This document shows positions 55,853 through 64,000 of a stretch of 64,000 nucleotides of DNA, piece by piece (the stretch's first letter is position 1; every line of letters begins with the position of its first letter). The translations under genes were made by a program, and so were the position numbers. Under the pieces are notes generated by a model. The model had not been told where the DNA came from. It was given only the letters and a program-made list of their open reading frames with translations, and did not search any database. This DNA is from a virus (Duplodnaviria; Caudoviricetes): IMG/VR virus record IMGVR_UViG_3300028887_003391, positions 1 through 64,000 of that record. One strand, written 5' to 3'.

Positions 55853-56956
55853 CTAGTCCTCCAATGCCACCCGCAGCTTGGCCAGACGCGCATCGGCGGC
55901 TCGTTTCTTGGCCTTGACGATGTTACGCAATTTTTCCTTCTTGGCGCTCTCGGAACCCTTGACCTGGGCTTTCACGGCCTTGCGGACTTCCTTGTTGTAT
56001 TCGCGCTTGGCATCGGAAACGTTACCTTCGCGGATGAACTTCTCGATGTTCGGGATGACCCTACCGACCTTGATTTCTTCGTCGTTCATGACGTTCATCG
56101 CGTTTTCACGGGCGGTCTGGCCTTCGTTCGCATACTTCACGGACGCGTCGATGTCGTCCCAGATACCATACAGGTCCTGGAACTTGTCCTTGATGTACGC
56201 AAGCAACGCCTTCGCCGACATCGGGGACTGGTTCACCGGGCCTTCCGGCATGTAACGGTCGGCGTGCCAGTCCTTACCTTCCACGAACACAGGGACAATT
56301 TTCAGACGCCCGTCGGCGCATACGCGGACAAGCGTCTTGTGCTTCGTGTTGGCGGACCAGTTAATCGACCGGCTATCGGTTACTCCGTTATTGTCGAACT
56401 GCAGCGTAACCGTCTCGGGACACTGGAACACGATGCCCCAGTACATGTTGCTTTCCTTGGACGTATCGAGTTCGGCCAAACGGTGAGAAAAGATATACCC
56501 GTTTCGACGGCCACCCACTTCTTCCGGCTTCGAGTTGGTATCGGATCGGAAGAAACTGTTCAGGTTCGGGCGCCCATGGTAATACTGCGTCTCGGCAATC
56601 TCACGGGCCCTGACTTCGGACTGCATCAGCTCGACATACCAGGTATCGTCCGGGTCAATCACCGGGTTCTTCGTATGGTAGAAGATGTTGAGCGTACCGT
56701 CGATGAACGAAAGCCACGCCTTGTCAGTCGTGTTCTGGAAGTCATATCCGTTGAACCACTCCTCGTAACGCTTCTGCGCCTCGGTAGGAAGGTCCACCAC
56801 GCGGACCATGCGGGCAAACTGGCTAGGCTGATAGCCATAGTCCTTGCACTTGTAACCAATCCAGAAGTCAAGGATGATGTCCTTGTGCTCCTTCCAGTTG
56901 ATCCCACCTTGCAGGTAGTTGAACAGTCGTTTGCCGGCAACCTTCTTTGATTTCAT
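55853..56956 (-). CDS. hypothetical protein
   Basis: 367 aa, basic helical C-terminus. Confidence 0.75.
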   Translation of the reverse strand: MKSKKVAGKRLFNYLQGGINWKEHKDIILDFWIGYKCKDYGYQPSQFARMVRVVDLPTEAQKRYEEWFNGYDFQNTTDKAWLSFIDGTLNIFYHTKNPVIDPDDTWYVELMQSEVRAREIAETQYYHGRPNLNSFFRSDTNSKPEEVGGRRNGYIFSHRLAELDTSKESNMYWGIVFQCPETVTLQFDNNGVTDSRSINWSANTKHKTLVRVCADGRLKIVPVFVEGKDWHADRYMPEGPVNQSPMSAKALLAYIKDKFQDLYGIWDDIDASVKYANEGQTARENAMNVMNDEEIKVGRVIPNIEKFIREGNVSDAKREYNKEVRKAVKAQVKGSESAKKEKLRNIVKAKKRAADARLAKLRVALED

Positions 56957-57008
56957 CTAGCAGTACCACCCAATCGAAAAATACAAATTTAAACTTCGGA
57001 ACCCATGA

Positions 57009-57542
57009 CTACTCCGATGTCGATGAGGACGAGGATGCCGCGCTGCTGGAATCCCCGCCAACGTAGGTACTCACGGGAACGTTATACCCGTCGCGGCCCG
57101 AGAACGGCCCGACCTTGTTCGGATATACCTGGCTCGCGTTCGCCAATTCCATCGGCTGCTTGATGTGCGACTGTGCGCGTTCCATCATCTTCCTGATCGG
57201 AATCGACGTCAGGTGCGTAGGCTTCTTGAACTTCGGGTGTTCCCAGTTCTTCGGGTCAATCTGCCCGCTCTGGTCCTTCATCGACGGCGCGGGCTGGTTG
57301 GGATTAGTATAAGACTTTCCCGTGCAGTCGTTCCCGTCAACCGCCCCCGACGGAGTGAGGATGTTGAGCATGTCGGAATACCCCCAGACCATGGCGTTCG
57401 CACGCATGGAGTCCGGGACCCTCAACGGGGGAGGGGCACAGTTTTCAAGATACGTCTGGTATCTCCGGCAAACGTTGTCGTAGCATTCCTCACCGAGCTT
57501 GCCGCGCACCGTTTCGAGGAATGTCTCGAAACTCGACGGCAT
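57009..57542 (-). CDS. late protein (candidate internal head protein)
   Basis: FETFLE...TYLE N-terminus; second gene of a class L unit. Confidence 0.65.
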   Translation of the reverse strand: MPSSFETFLETVRGKLGEECYDNVCRRYQTYLENCAPPPLRVPDSMRANAMVWGYSDMLNILTPSGAVDGNDCTGKSYTNPNQPAPSMKDQSGQIDPKNWEHPKFKKPTHLTSIPIRKMMERAQSHIKQPMELANASQVYPNKVGPFSGRDGYNVPVSTYVGGDSSSAASSSSSTSE

Positions 57543-57544
57543 AA

Positions 57545-57937
57545 CTAGGCCTGCTGTTGCTGTTCGTTCTTCTCGGTAGTCACCGAGTTGGTGATGTCGG
57601 CAGCCGTCTTGGCGGCATCGGCGACAGCCTTGTCGGCATCGGCGAGCTTCGCCTCGTTCTCGGCGCGTTCAGAAATTTCCGTCGACTTGTCAACGGCTTC
57701 CTTCGCCTCGGCAGCGGCATCCTGTGTTGCACCAAGGTTGGTCACCGCAGTAGCGATTTCCTTCGCCTTGTCACCGCTCACATCGGCCATCTCGGTAGGG
57801 AGCGACGTAGTTTCGGTCCCCTCGGCGCCAACACCCTCGAAAATAGCCCTTGCGCCCTTCTCGAAAGCCTCGGCAAGGATATTGTCATCGGCAATGTCGG
57901 CCTTGGTGGCCGCAATCATCTGGTCCAATTCGTTCAT
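57545..57937 (-). CDS. Ala-rich late protein with leader module
   Basis: MNELDQ...RAIFEG. Confidence 0.75.
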   Translation of the reverse strand: MNELDQMIAATKADIADDNILAEAFEKGARAIFEGVGAEGTETTSLPTEMADVSGDKAKEIATAVTNLGATQDAAAEAKEAVDKSTEISERAENEAKLADADKAVADAAKTAADITNSVTTEKNEQQQQA

Positions 57938-57959
57938 TTCATTTGTCTCCGTAATTACC

Positions 57960-57994
57960 CATAGTTTATAGCCGGAGCGCCGCTATAAACTATG
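57960..57994. promoter_or_regulatory. divergent class L promoters forming a perfect 13-bp inverted repeat
   Basis: CATAGTTTATAGC-9nt-GCTATAAACTATG. Confidence 0.8.
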
Positions 57995-58015
57995 TCAAAA
58001 GCACTTGGCAACACA

Positions 58016-58654
58016 ATGAATGAACTTGCACCGTTCTTCAAAGACATCCGGCAGGATTGCCCCGATGTCCCCCTCGTAGAAGCGACAATCAAGGCCGCAA
58101 TGGCAATCTTCGAAGCCGAAGGTGACGGCAGCGTCCCGGCGACGGAAACAGATGCCCCGGCAGACACCACAGCAGATCCGGCAACGGAAACCGCCGATGC
58201 CCCCGCGACCGAACCCGCCTCAGACGACCCCAATGCGGTCGATACAAGCCTACCGGCGGACGATGCCGGTCTCGGCGGCATGGACGCCGGGGCAGACCTT
58301 GGCGGTGGCGACATTTCCACGGACGACGCGGCTGCACCAGACGATACCGCAGCGCAGGACACGGTTGACGCACCCCCTCCGACCGGAGACGAAACGCCTG
58401 GCGCAGTAAACCAGGAACAGGTCCCGGCAATGCCCACGGAAGAAATCGTCACCAAGTTCGTGCAGTCGGGTGCAGTCCGCGAAGCCCAGGACGAGATGGT
58501 CCAGACAAAGGACACCGACAATTTCGAGTTTGCCAAGAAAATCGCCGCACGCCTAGCCAAATTCTGCAAGGACAACCAGATCACCACGCTCGGCGTAAAG
58601 GAAGGCGCCCGGATAGCACAGGCGCTCGCCAAGAAATACGGGGAAAAGAAGTAA
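58016..58654 (+). CDS. acidic low-complexity late protein with leader module
   Basis: MNELAP...MAIFEA; start reassigned by homology and promoter position. Confidence 0.75.
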   Translation: MNELAPFFKDIRQDCPDVPLVEATIKAAMAIFEAEGDGSVPATETDAPADTTADPATETADAPATEPASDDPNAVDTSLPADDAGLGGMDAGADLGGGDISTDDAAAPDDTAAQDTVDAPPPTGDETPGAVNQEQVPAMPTEEIVTKFVQSGAVREAQDEMVQTKDTDNFEFAKKIAARLAKFCKDNQITTLGVKEGARIAQALAKKYGEKK

Positions 58655-58658
58655 CAGC

Positions 58659-59321
58659 ATGGAAAACATAAAGGGGATAATCGCGCTGACTTCGTGGAAA
58701 GCCCGCATCAAGGGAGTGGGCCTCACGATTTTCAGCATACTGAAACACTGCAAGGGCTTCAAGGTAGTCCTCACCCTGTCCGACGAGGAGTTCCCGCGGA
58801 AAGAAGCCGAGCTACCGGCTGACCTGCAAGCGCTCGCGAAGACCGGTGTCGTCCAGATACTCTGGGTCCACAAGAACTACAAGCCCTACAAGAAAATCAT
58901 CTTCGCAATGAAGGCCTACCCGGACCTCCCCATCATAAGCGCGGATGACGACTGCCTATACAAATATGACTACGCGGGGGAACTCTACAACAAGTGGAAA
59001 CAAAACCCCGGCTGTATCATCGCGCAGACCGTAGGCGACGGGATCCCCTGGGGATATGCGACCCTGCATCCGCCCGGAGCATACAACCCCTACATATTCG
59101 CGGCAATCGCTGACTACTGCCTGTCTCGTCAGTCATACCACGACGATCTGCTCTACCACCTGTATGCGAAGCGGAAGGGCATCAAGATTCTCTCGATGTT
59201 CCATGAAGTCCCGCACGTCGTCCAGTTCCACAACGGCGCATGCGGTCTCGTCAACGAGCGCCTGAAACACCACAACGACTGGCGGGTAATGAACGAGGCG
59301 TTCGCGAAATTCTTCGGCTAG
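58659..59321 (+). CDS. glycosyltransferase-like protein (GT-A)
   Basis: IIALTSW.ARI, YKK, ISADDD..Y, HDDL. Confidence 0.7.
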   Translation: MENIKGIIALTSWKARIKGVGLTIFSILKHCKGFKVVLTLSDEEFPRKEAELPADLQALAKTGVVQILWVHKNYKPYKKIIFAMKAYPDLPIISADDDCLYKYDYAGELYNKWKQNPGCIIAQTVGDGIPWGYATLHPPGAYNPYIFAAIADYCLSRQSYHDDLLYHLYAKRKGIKILSMFHEVPHVVQFHNGACGLVNERLKHHNDWRVMNEAFAKFFG

Positions 59322-60295
59322 TCCTCGAACCACTCGCCGCGTTCACACTTGCTTGGCGACCATCCTATCGGGTGGTTGCCTTTTACGTTGCAGTGACGGC
59401 AGAACGGATGCGGCAGCCGGGAAAGAACAAGGACCTCGTCGGGATGTTCAACCTCGCGCAAGTCTATCCGGTCATAGCATGTCGCTTGCAAGTTCAACCC
59501 GAACGCGGCATTGGGATATTGAAGATATGAGACCGGACTGCACAGATACAGGTAGTTTCCGATTAGGGTAGGGCAGTTGGCCATGTAGCAGTCGGTCTTC
59601 CCGGTGGCCGGATATTTCGGGTCGACGCTCTTCAAGTAAGAAGTGAACTCCGGCGGATTGGTCCCGAACTGAACAAAGGGGAAGTGATGGGTCTCGCTGT
59701 CCTTGCGGGCAATCTCGATTACGCGCCGGTTGACCTCCCCGTAACAGCTATACCCGAGGGCCGTGCCCGTCTGGGGCAGCAAATCCCTGAACACCCCTCG
59801 CCACCTGCCATACAGCAGCATGTTGGAGACCACATAACGTTCACGATCCGGGAAGATTTCCCGGGTGTCCCGGATAATTGCCTCCAGGCCACGGTGCAAC
59901 AGCGGCTCCCCGCCAATGAGGAATACCGTAAACACGATGTCCCCGCATGCCCGTTTCAGCAGTTCCATCGAGGCAGCAATGTCCTCGCGGTCAAGAAACG
60001 GGGCGGAAGCCGCTATGGGGGCGAAATGCGAACATGACTTGCATGCAAGGTTGCACCGGTCGGTTATCGGGACATCAACCTTGATACGCGGCCACGTTTC
60101 AATCTGCGCCGGGACTGTCGGAACCTTGCCGACGGACCGCCAAAGCGCACCGCGAATTTCGGAAACCAATCTGACCGCGCCCGGAAAGTTCTCTTCCAAC
60201 GCATCCAGCAGACCATAAAGAACCCCGGCGGTTTCCGGGGCATTGACTAGGCGAACATATCCTTCCACATCGAAACGCATCATTCCTCTATACAT
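59318..60295 (-). CDS. radical SAM protein
   Basis: CNLACKSCSHF (CxxxCxxC), GGEPLLH, C-terminal Cys cluster (FCRHC). Confidence 0.88.
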   Translation of the reverse strand: MYRGMMRFDVEGYVRLVNAPETAGVLYGLLDALEENFPGAVRLVSEIRGALWRSVGKVPTVPAQIETWPRIKVDVPITDRCNLACKSCSHFAPIAASAPFLDREDIAASMELLKRACGDIVFTVFLIGGEPLLHRGLEAIIRDTREIFPDRERYVVSNMLLYGRWRGVFRDLLPQTGTALGYSCYGEVNRRVIEIARKDSETHHFPFVQFGTNPPEFTSYLKSVDPKYPATGKTDCYMANCPTLIGNYLYLCSPVSYLQYPNAAFGLNLQATCYDRIDLREVEHPDEVLVLSRLPHPFCRHCNVKGNHPIGWSPSKCERGEWFED

Positions 60296-61755
60296 TTAAG
60301 CCGCAAGGTGATACCGCCGGACGAGTTAATCTCGAACGTGAGTTTCTTGCCGTTGCTAAGCTCAAATATAGCTTTTAAATACGTCTTTGAGGTATTGGTC
60401 GCAACCGTGGCAGGATAATTGTACCAGTAATAGAACGTAGTGTTGTCACCAACCGGGATGTCAAACGCAGTAGTAATAGTTTTCGTATTGTCGCGTTCCC
60501 AAGTGTCACCACCGTACTGCGTTTTCGCCTTCGCTACCATGGTCAGTTTGTTTACCCTTATGGTGCTACCGGTCGCTGACCGCAAACGAATCATGGGCCC
60601 GTTATACTCACACTTGGCCCTGATATTCAATCCGCCCACATTACTAAACAGTTCATCTTCGCGTTCGCTGGGCTGCATGGAAATAGATGCAGTCTGGACA
60701 TTATCCATATAGCCGTCATTGTCATAAATCCAGCCGTTACCCTTCGTGCCATAGAACAGGAACGCATAGTCAAGATCAACATGGAGCGTGGCCCCGGGTG
60801 CGTCAGACTTATAGGTAAACCCGGAAAGGTCAAGCCCCACAGTAGGCGCAGTCGTAGAAATATACGATGTCTGCGATTCACTACTCTGCATGTCAAACCG
60901 CATGTATGCAAGCATCTTGCCATCGGACGGGCACGTTGACGGGAACGCATCCTTATCGGTGAAACGAGTGCACCTAAACCAATCGCTATTGTTCGGATCG
61001 CTCAAAAATTTATGCCATGACGTACTGGAGCTCTCTTGCTGGCTACCCGTGTCCCAGACATAAAGCGGCCAAGTTCCGGTGCCGTGCATCATCCCCATGG
61101 TGCCATGGTTAATATCGGTATAGAACTTGACCGGGTTGCTGTAATTCGGCGTGTAGCCAGTCGGAAGGTTTCGTATATCCGTATGGAACAAGTAATGTGC
61201 GGAAACATATCTAGTCGCATTGGATATACGATCAAGCCCCCAGAACTTAAACGTCATGGAGTTCGAAATCTGGTTATTCGACGTCATTGCATAAGCACCG
61301 CCACCGTATGCAATCGACGGGACCACCGCATCGCCATTCCCGGTAAACCCCTTTGCAGTATAATCGCTTATTCCAGCCAGTGAAACAACAACATCCGCAT
61401 ACGGGGACGGGTAACCTTGTCCACCAGCAGGACAAGGATATTTCAGCATCCAGGTCATCTGCGAACTGGCACTCACAATGAGATTATTGGACGAATCGCG
61501 CTGAAACTCTATCCACGAACGATTGGCCTGCGAAGCCGTTGCGTTCTTGTATATAACACCCGCGGCACCAAAATTATCAGTTTCGGGCCGGTTAAATGCT
61601 ATATACTGTTTCAGCATCGGGTCACCCAAAATACCCAAATACGGGAATGACAGATGAGCGTCAGCTTGCCCAGAATGATTGGTCAATACTGTCCGAAGCC
61701 GGTCATTGACTACCGGCACAAATGGACGTTCATCGTCATAAACTATACCACTCAA
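60280..61755 (-). CDS. virion/tail-associated protein candidate
   Basis: T/S/Y/G-rich 491 aa protein following fibre gene; TTG start. Confidence 0.6.
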   Translation of the reverse strand: MSGIVYDDERPFVPVVNDRLRTVLTNHSGQADAHLSFPYLGILGDPMLKQYIAFNRPETDNFGAAGVIYKNATASQANRSWIEFQRDSSNNLIVSASSQMTWMLKYPCPAGGQGYPSPYADVVVSLAGISDYTAKGFTGNGDAVVPSIAYGGGAYAMTSNNQISNSMTFKFWGLDRISNATRYVSAHYLFHTDIRNLPTGYTPNYSNPVKFYTDINHGTMGMMHGTGTWPLYVWDTGSQQESSSTSWHKFLSDPNNSDWFRCTRFTDKDAFPSTCPSDGKMLAYMRFDMQSSESQTSYISTTAPTVGLDLSGFTYKSDAPGATLHVDLDYAFLFYGTKGNGWIYDNDGYMDNVQTASISMQPSEREDELFSNVGGLNIRAKCEYNGPMIRLRSATGSTIRVNKLTMVAKAKTQYGGDTWERDNTKTITTAFDIPVGDNTTFYYWYNYPATVATNTSKTYLKAIFELSNGKKLTFEINSSGGITLRLKCIEE

Positions 61756-61766
61756 AATCGCCTCGC

Positions 61767-63530
61767 CTACAACATGTAAATCGTGTTTCGCTCGTTGCCA
61801 TAAGTTCCCGATATGTCGATTGGATACAAGGTCATCTCACGCGCATTCATCGTATTCGTACCTCGAATTGATGAACAGTTCACCAAATCCAGCTTTACCA
61901 GGTTGCTCGTCACAGACACGCCAGCAAATGAAGCACCCCACCCATTATTAGGATCGAAGAAATAATCCTGCAAATAGCACCTAGCCGACACCCCGGTTGG
62001 AGATGTATACACCATTCGTCCGTTGCGGACCATTTTCGATATTTTATCGTAAATTTCAGAATGGTACGATTCAAAATTCTCCACACTCACCTCATGCACC
62101 TGTCCAGGAATGTTACGCCACTGCACGCCAAGCAGCGGGGGTCTGCTGTTATTGTATTCCACCATTGCGACCACACGGTCCATCTCGTCCGCATACGTCC
62201 GTCCATCCTGATCCAGTTCCATAATAGGAATTAGTGATGTCGTAACAGGCGGAAGCATAAATCCAATCGGTGTCTTGGAAGTCCCCAATGTAACTTGCGG
62301 ACCGTCATAATCAATGCCGGTCTTTTGGATAATGGTCATCGGGTAATCGTCGGTCGCCAGAATAGGCGACATTTCCGTTTCGTTTTCATACCGAACCGGC
62401 CCCTTCTTTACCGTCAACCGGCCTTCATAATTGGTTACGACAAACGCACTGTTGACCCCTTCCAACGACTGCGAAAACACCGGAATTTGTAATCCGGCAA
62501 AATCCAAGAACCATCCACCCGTTGCCGCATCATACGTCGCTTCAAGCAACGCATCGCCTGTGTTTGCGTTCGTCTTCGTGTATGACCGCTGGCTGCTCCC
62601 GCTCACGGACGACGTGAACGGGAAATAGAACGACATCGTATCGGACACACCAGTCTTGGTTCCAACCCCAACAGTGTTCTTCGTATCGGTGTCCGTCCAC
62701 GGAACCGCCACATAGGCATCGCCACTGGAATTTACCTTGACAGCATATTCCTTGGCGCCGGAAGCCGGAGAATAGTTCAAACGGATCAGGCCCAAGGCCG
62801 AGCTGCTTGCCTTCGTTGCCGGAATCTTTATCGTGCGGTCAGTCATCTTAGTCACATGGCCAAGCGCGTCGCTCTCGATCTGAGAAATGGTTACCGTATC
62901 ACCAAATCCCGGTGTCGCGTTTGCGGTCGGCTTTCCCGTATAGGCGGTATGACTCGGATGCTGATAGACCTGAACGTCAGTCCCATCAACAGTGACATTT
63001 CCGTTAGTGCTCGATGCTACAACGGAATGAACTGCGCTATGACCCTCGTCATACGCCTGCTTCACCGCATAGGCGGTAGCAGCCAACGAATGACTGCTTG
63101 AATTGGTCGCATCCGATAATTGGACGACACCCTTTGCCGATGTGCTCGCATCGGGAACTTTCTTCCATTCACGAGTGATTACACCCTGCCGGTCCTGTGT
63201 CACATTGGAAACGAACGTGAAATCAGAAGTCGTAGCAACCGTGCCGGATGCACCGCCCTCCACCGGGTTCTGTGTATCTTTCTTTCCAGAAAGGCTTTCA
63301 GTCAAATTGGCAATGTCGGAAATGCCCGGTATAACAGCCTTGGGAACGAGGTTCCCGTTTTCGGTCGCAATGTGCGTCATGAAATAATGATCGCCAAGCC
63401 GGGGACCCGATAGACTGTCTACACCAATGTTCGTGCGGGCGCGGCTTTTCTTGCTGTCATCATAATACCCGGCGTCCTGTTGCGTATTGAACAAGACCGA
63501 CGGTATAAAATTCTTTGGATCATCCGCCAT
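61767..63530 (-). CDS. tail fibre protein
   Basis: DASTSAKGVVQLSDATNS.S..LAAT..AVK.AYD (T4-type fibre repeat), YQHP, DALGHVT. Confidence 0.82.
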   Translation of the reverse strand: MADDPKNFIPSVLFNTQQDAGYYDDSKKSRARTNIGVDSLSGPRLGDHYFMTHIATENGNLVPKAVIPGISDIANLTESLSGKKDTQNPVEGGASGTVATTSDFTFVSNVTQDRQGVITREWKKVPDASTSAKGVVQLSDATNSSSHSLAATAYAVKQAYDEGHSAVHSVVASSTNGNVTVDGTDVQVYQHPSHTAYTGKPTANATPGFGDTVTISQIESDALGHVTKMTDRTIKIPATKASSSALGLIRLNYSPASGAKEYAVKVNSSGDAYVAVPWTDTDTKNTVGVGTKTGVSDTMSFYFPFTSSVSGSSQRSYTKTNANTGDALLEATYDAATGGWFLDFAGLQIPVFSQSLEGVNSAFVVTNYEGRLTVKKGPVRYENETEMSPILATDDYPMTIIQKTGIDYDGPQVTLGTSKTPIGFMLPPVTTSLIPIMELDQDGRTYADEMDRVVAMVEYNNSRPPLLGVQWRNIPGQVHEVSVENFESYHSEIYDKISKMVRNGRMVYTSPTGVSARCYLQDYFFDPNNGWGASFAGVSVTSNLVKLDLVNCSSIRGTNTMNAREMTLYPIDISGTYGNERNTIYML

Positions 63531-63556
63531 CGCTAAACCTACACATTCTTCTACCC

Positions 63557-63565
63557 TAGTTTATA
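63557..63565 (-). promoter_or_regulatory. class L promoter TATAAACTA
   Basis: Exact motif overlapping the stop codon of the upstream gene. Confidence 0.7.
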
Positions 63566-63983
63566 ACTGGCGGTAGTCCGCCCGGGCCTTGGCAAGCGCG
63601 GCAAAGAACTCCGCCTTGGCAGTAACCATGTATTGGGTGATGTAGGCTTTCAGCAGCTCATGGGCCACGGTACAGTGCGCCGAATTGTAGTAGATGACAT
63701 TCCCTACCTGGCAGAAACCGCGGGTGTCCACCTGCTTTTCCACATAGGAATCGCAGTCACCCACCTCCTGTTCGGATATGCCGCCAACGAGGGACCAGGA
63801 CAGCGCATAGATGGCGCTAGGCTTCGGGGGACGGCTGTCCACCTCGACCGTTATCTCATGGCCGGCCATGTCACGGAATATGACGGCCTTCCCGGTAGTG
63901 GTATTCGCCACCTGCACGACGGACAGGGAGTGCTCGTCCTTGATTGAGTGCTGCCCGCTCTTCGCGAGCGGATGGTAAATCAT
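63561..63983 (-). CDS. hypothetical protein
   Basis: 140 aa ORF; start uncertain at window edge. Confidence 0.6.
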   Translation of the reverse strand: MIYHPLAKSGQHSIKDEHSLSVVQVANTTTGKAVIFRDMAGHEITVEVDSRPPKPSAIYALSWSLVGGISEQEVGDCDSYVEKQVDTRGFCQVGNVIYYNSAHCTVAHELLKAYITQYMVTAKAEFFAALAKARADYRQL

Positions 63984-64000
63984 CTTGTGGTGGACGGGGC

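Noticed and set aside
1-64000. CRISPR array, DGR, intron/intein, IS element or integrase
   Set aside because: No regularly spaced repeats, reverse transcriptase, transposase or interruptions in terL, ligA or thyA were seen by eye

Overview
This 64 kb window is part of a large lytic dsDNA phage genome of the jumbo or T4-like type. It is GC-rich, uses the standard genetic code, and is densely coding with many ATGA/TAATG overlaps. Recognisable genes include a gp17-like terminase, NAD-dependent DNA ligase, gp47/SbcD-like nuclease, sigma-70-family factor, ThyA/DHFR/thymidylate kinase, RNA ligase, RlaP-like nucleotidyltransferase, amidase, DNA adenine methyltransferase, several tail/fibre proteins, four glycosyltransferase-like genes, a radical SAM enzyme, a patatin and an OFA-type MFS transporter. 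It also carries a tmRNA and two tRNAs. Two recurrent promoter-like motifs split the genes into classes. TTTTGCTATATTT (extended -10-like, all minus strand) precedes metabolic, replication and RNA genes. TATAAACTA (T4-late-like) precedes virion and lysis genes. The most notable unexplained signals are: (1) two diverged, collinearly similar, highly structured non-coding elements flanking tRNA-Gln/tmRNA in one RNA operon, plus a third structured element at about 2.8 kb; (2) a shared N-terminal leader ending in [AI]-[IL]-F-E on many unrelated late proteins, a candidate capsid-targeting, protease-cleaved propeptide; (3) a stand-alone EF-Ts N-terminal-like miniprotein. A Fibrobacter-like anaerobic host is a tentative guess only. 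All calls are by eye; no searches or folding programs were run.
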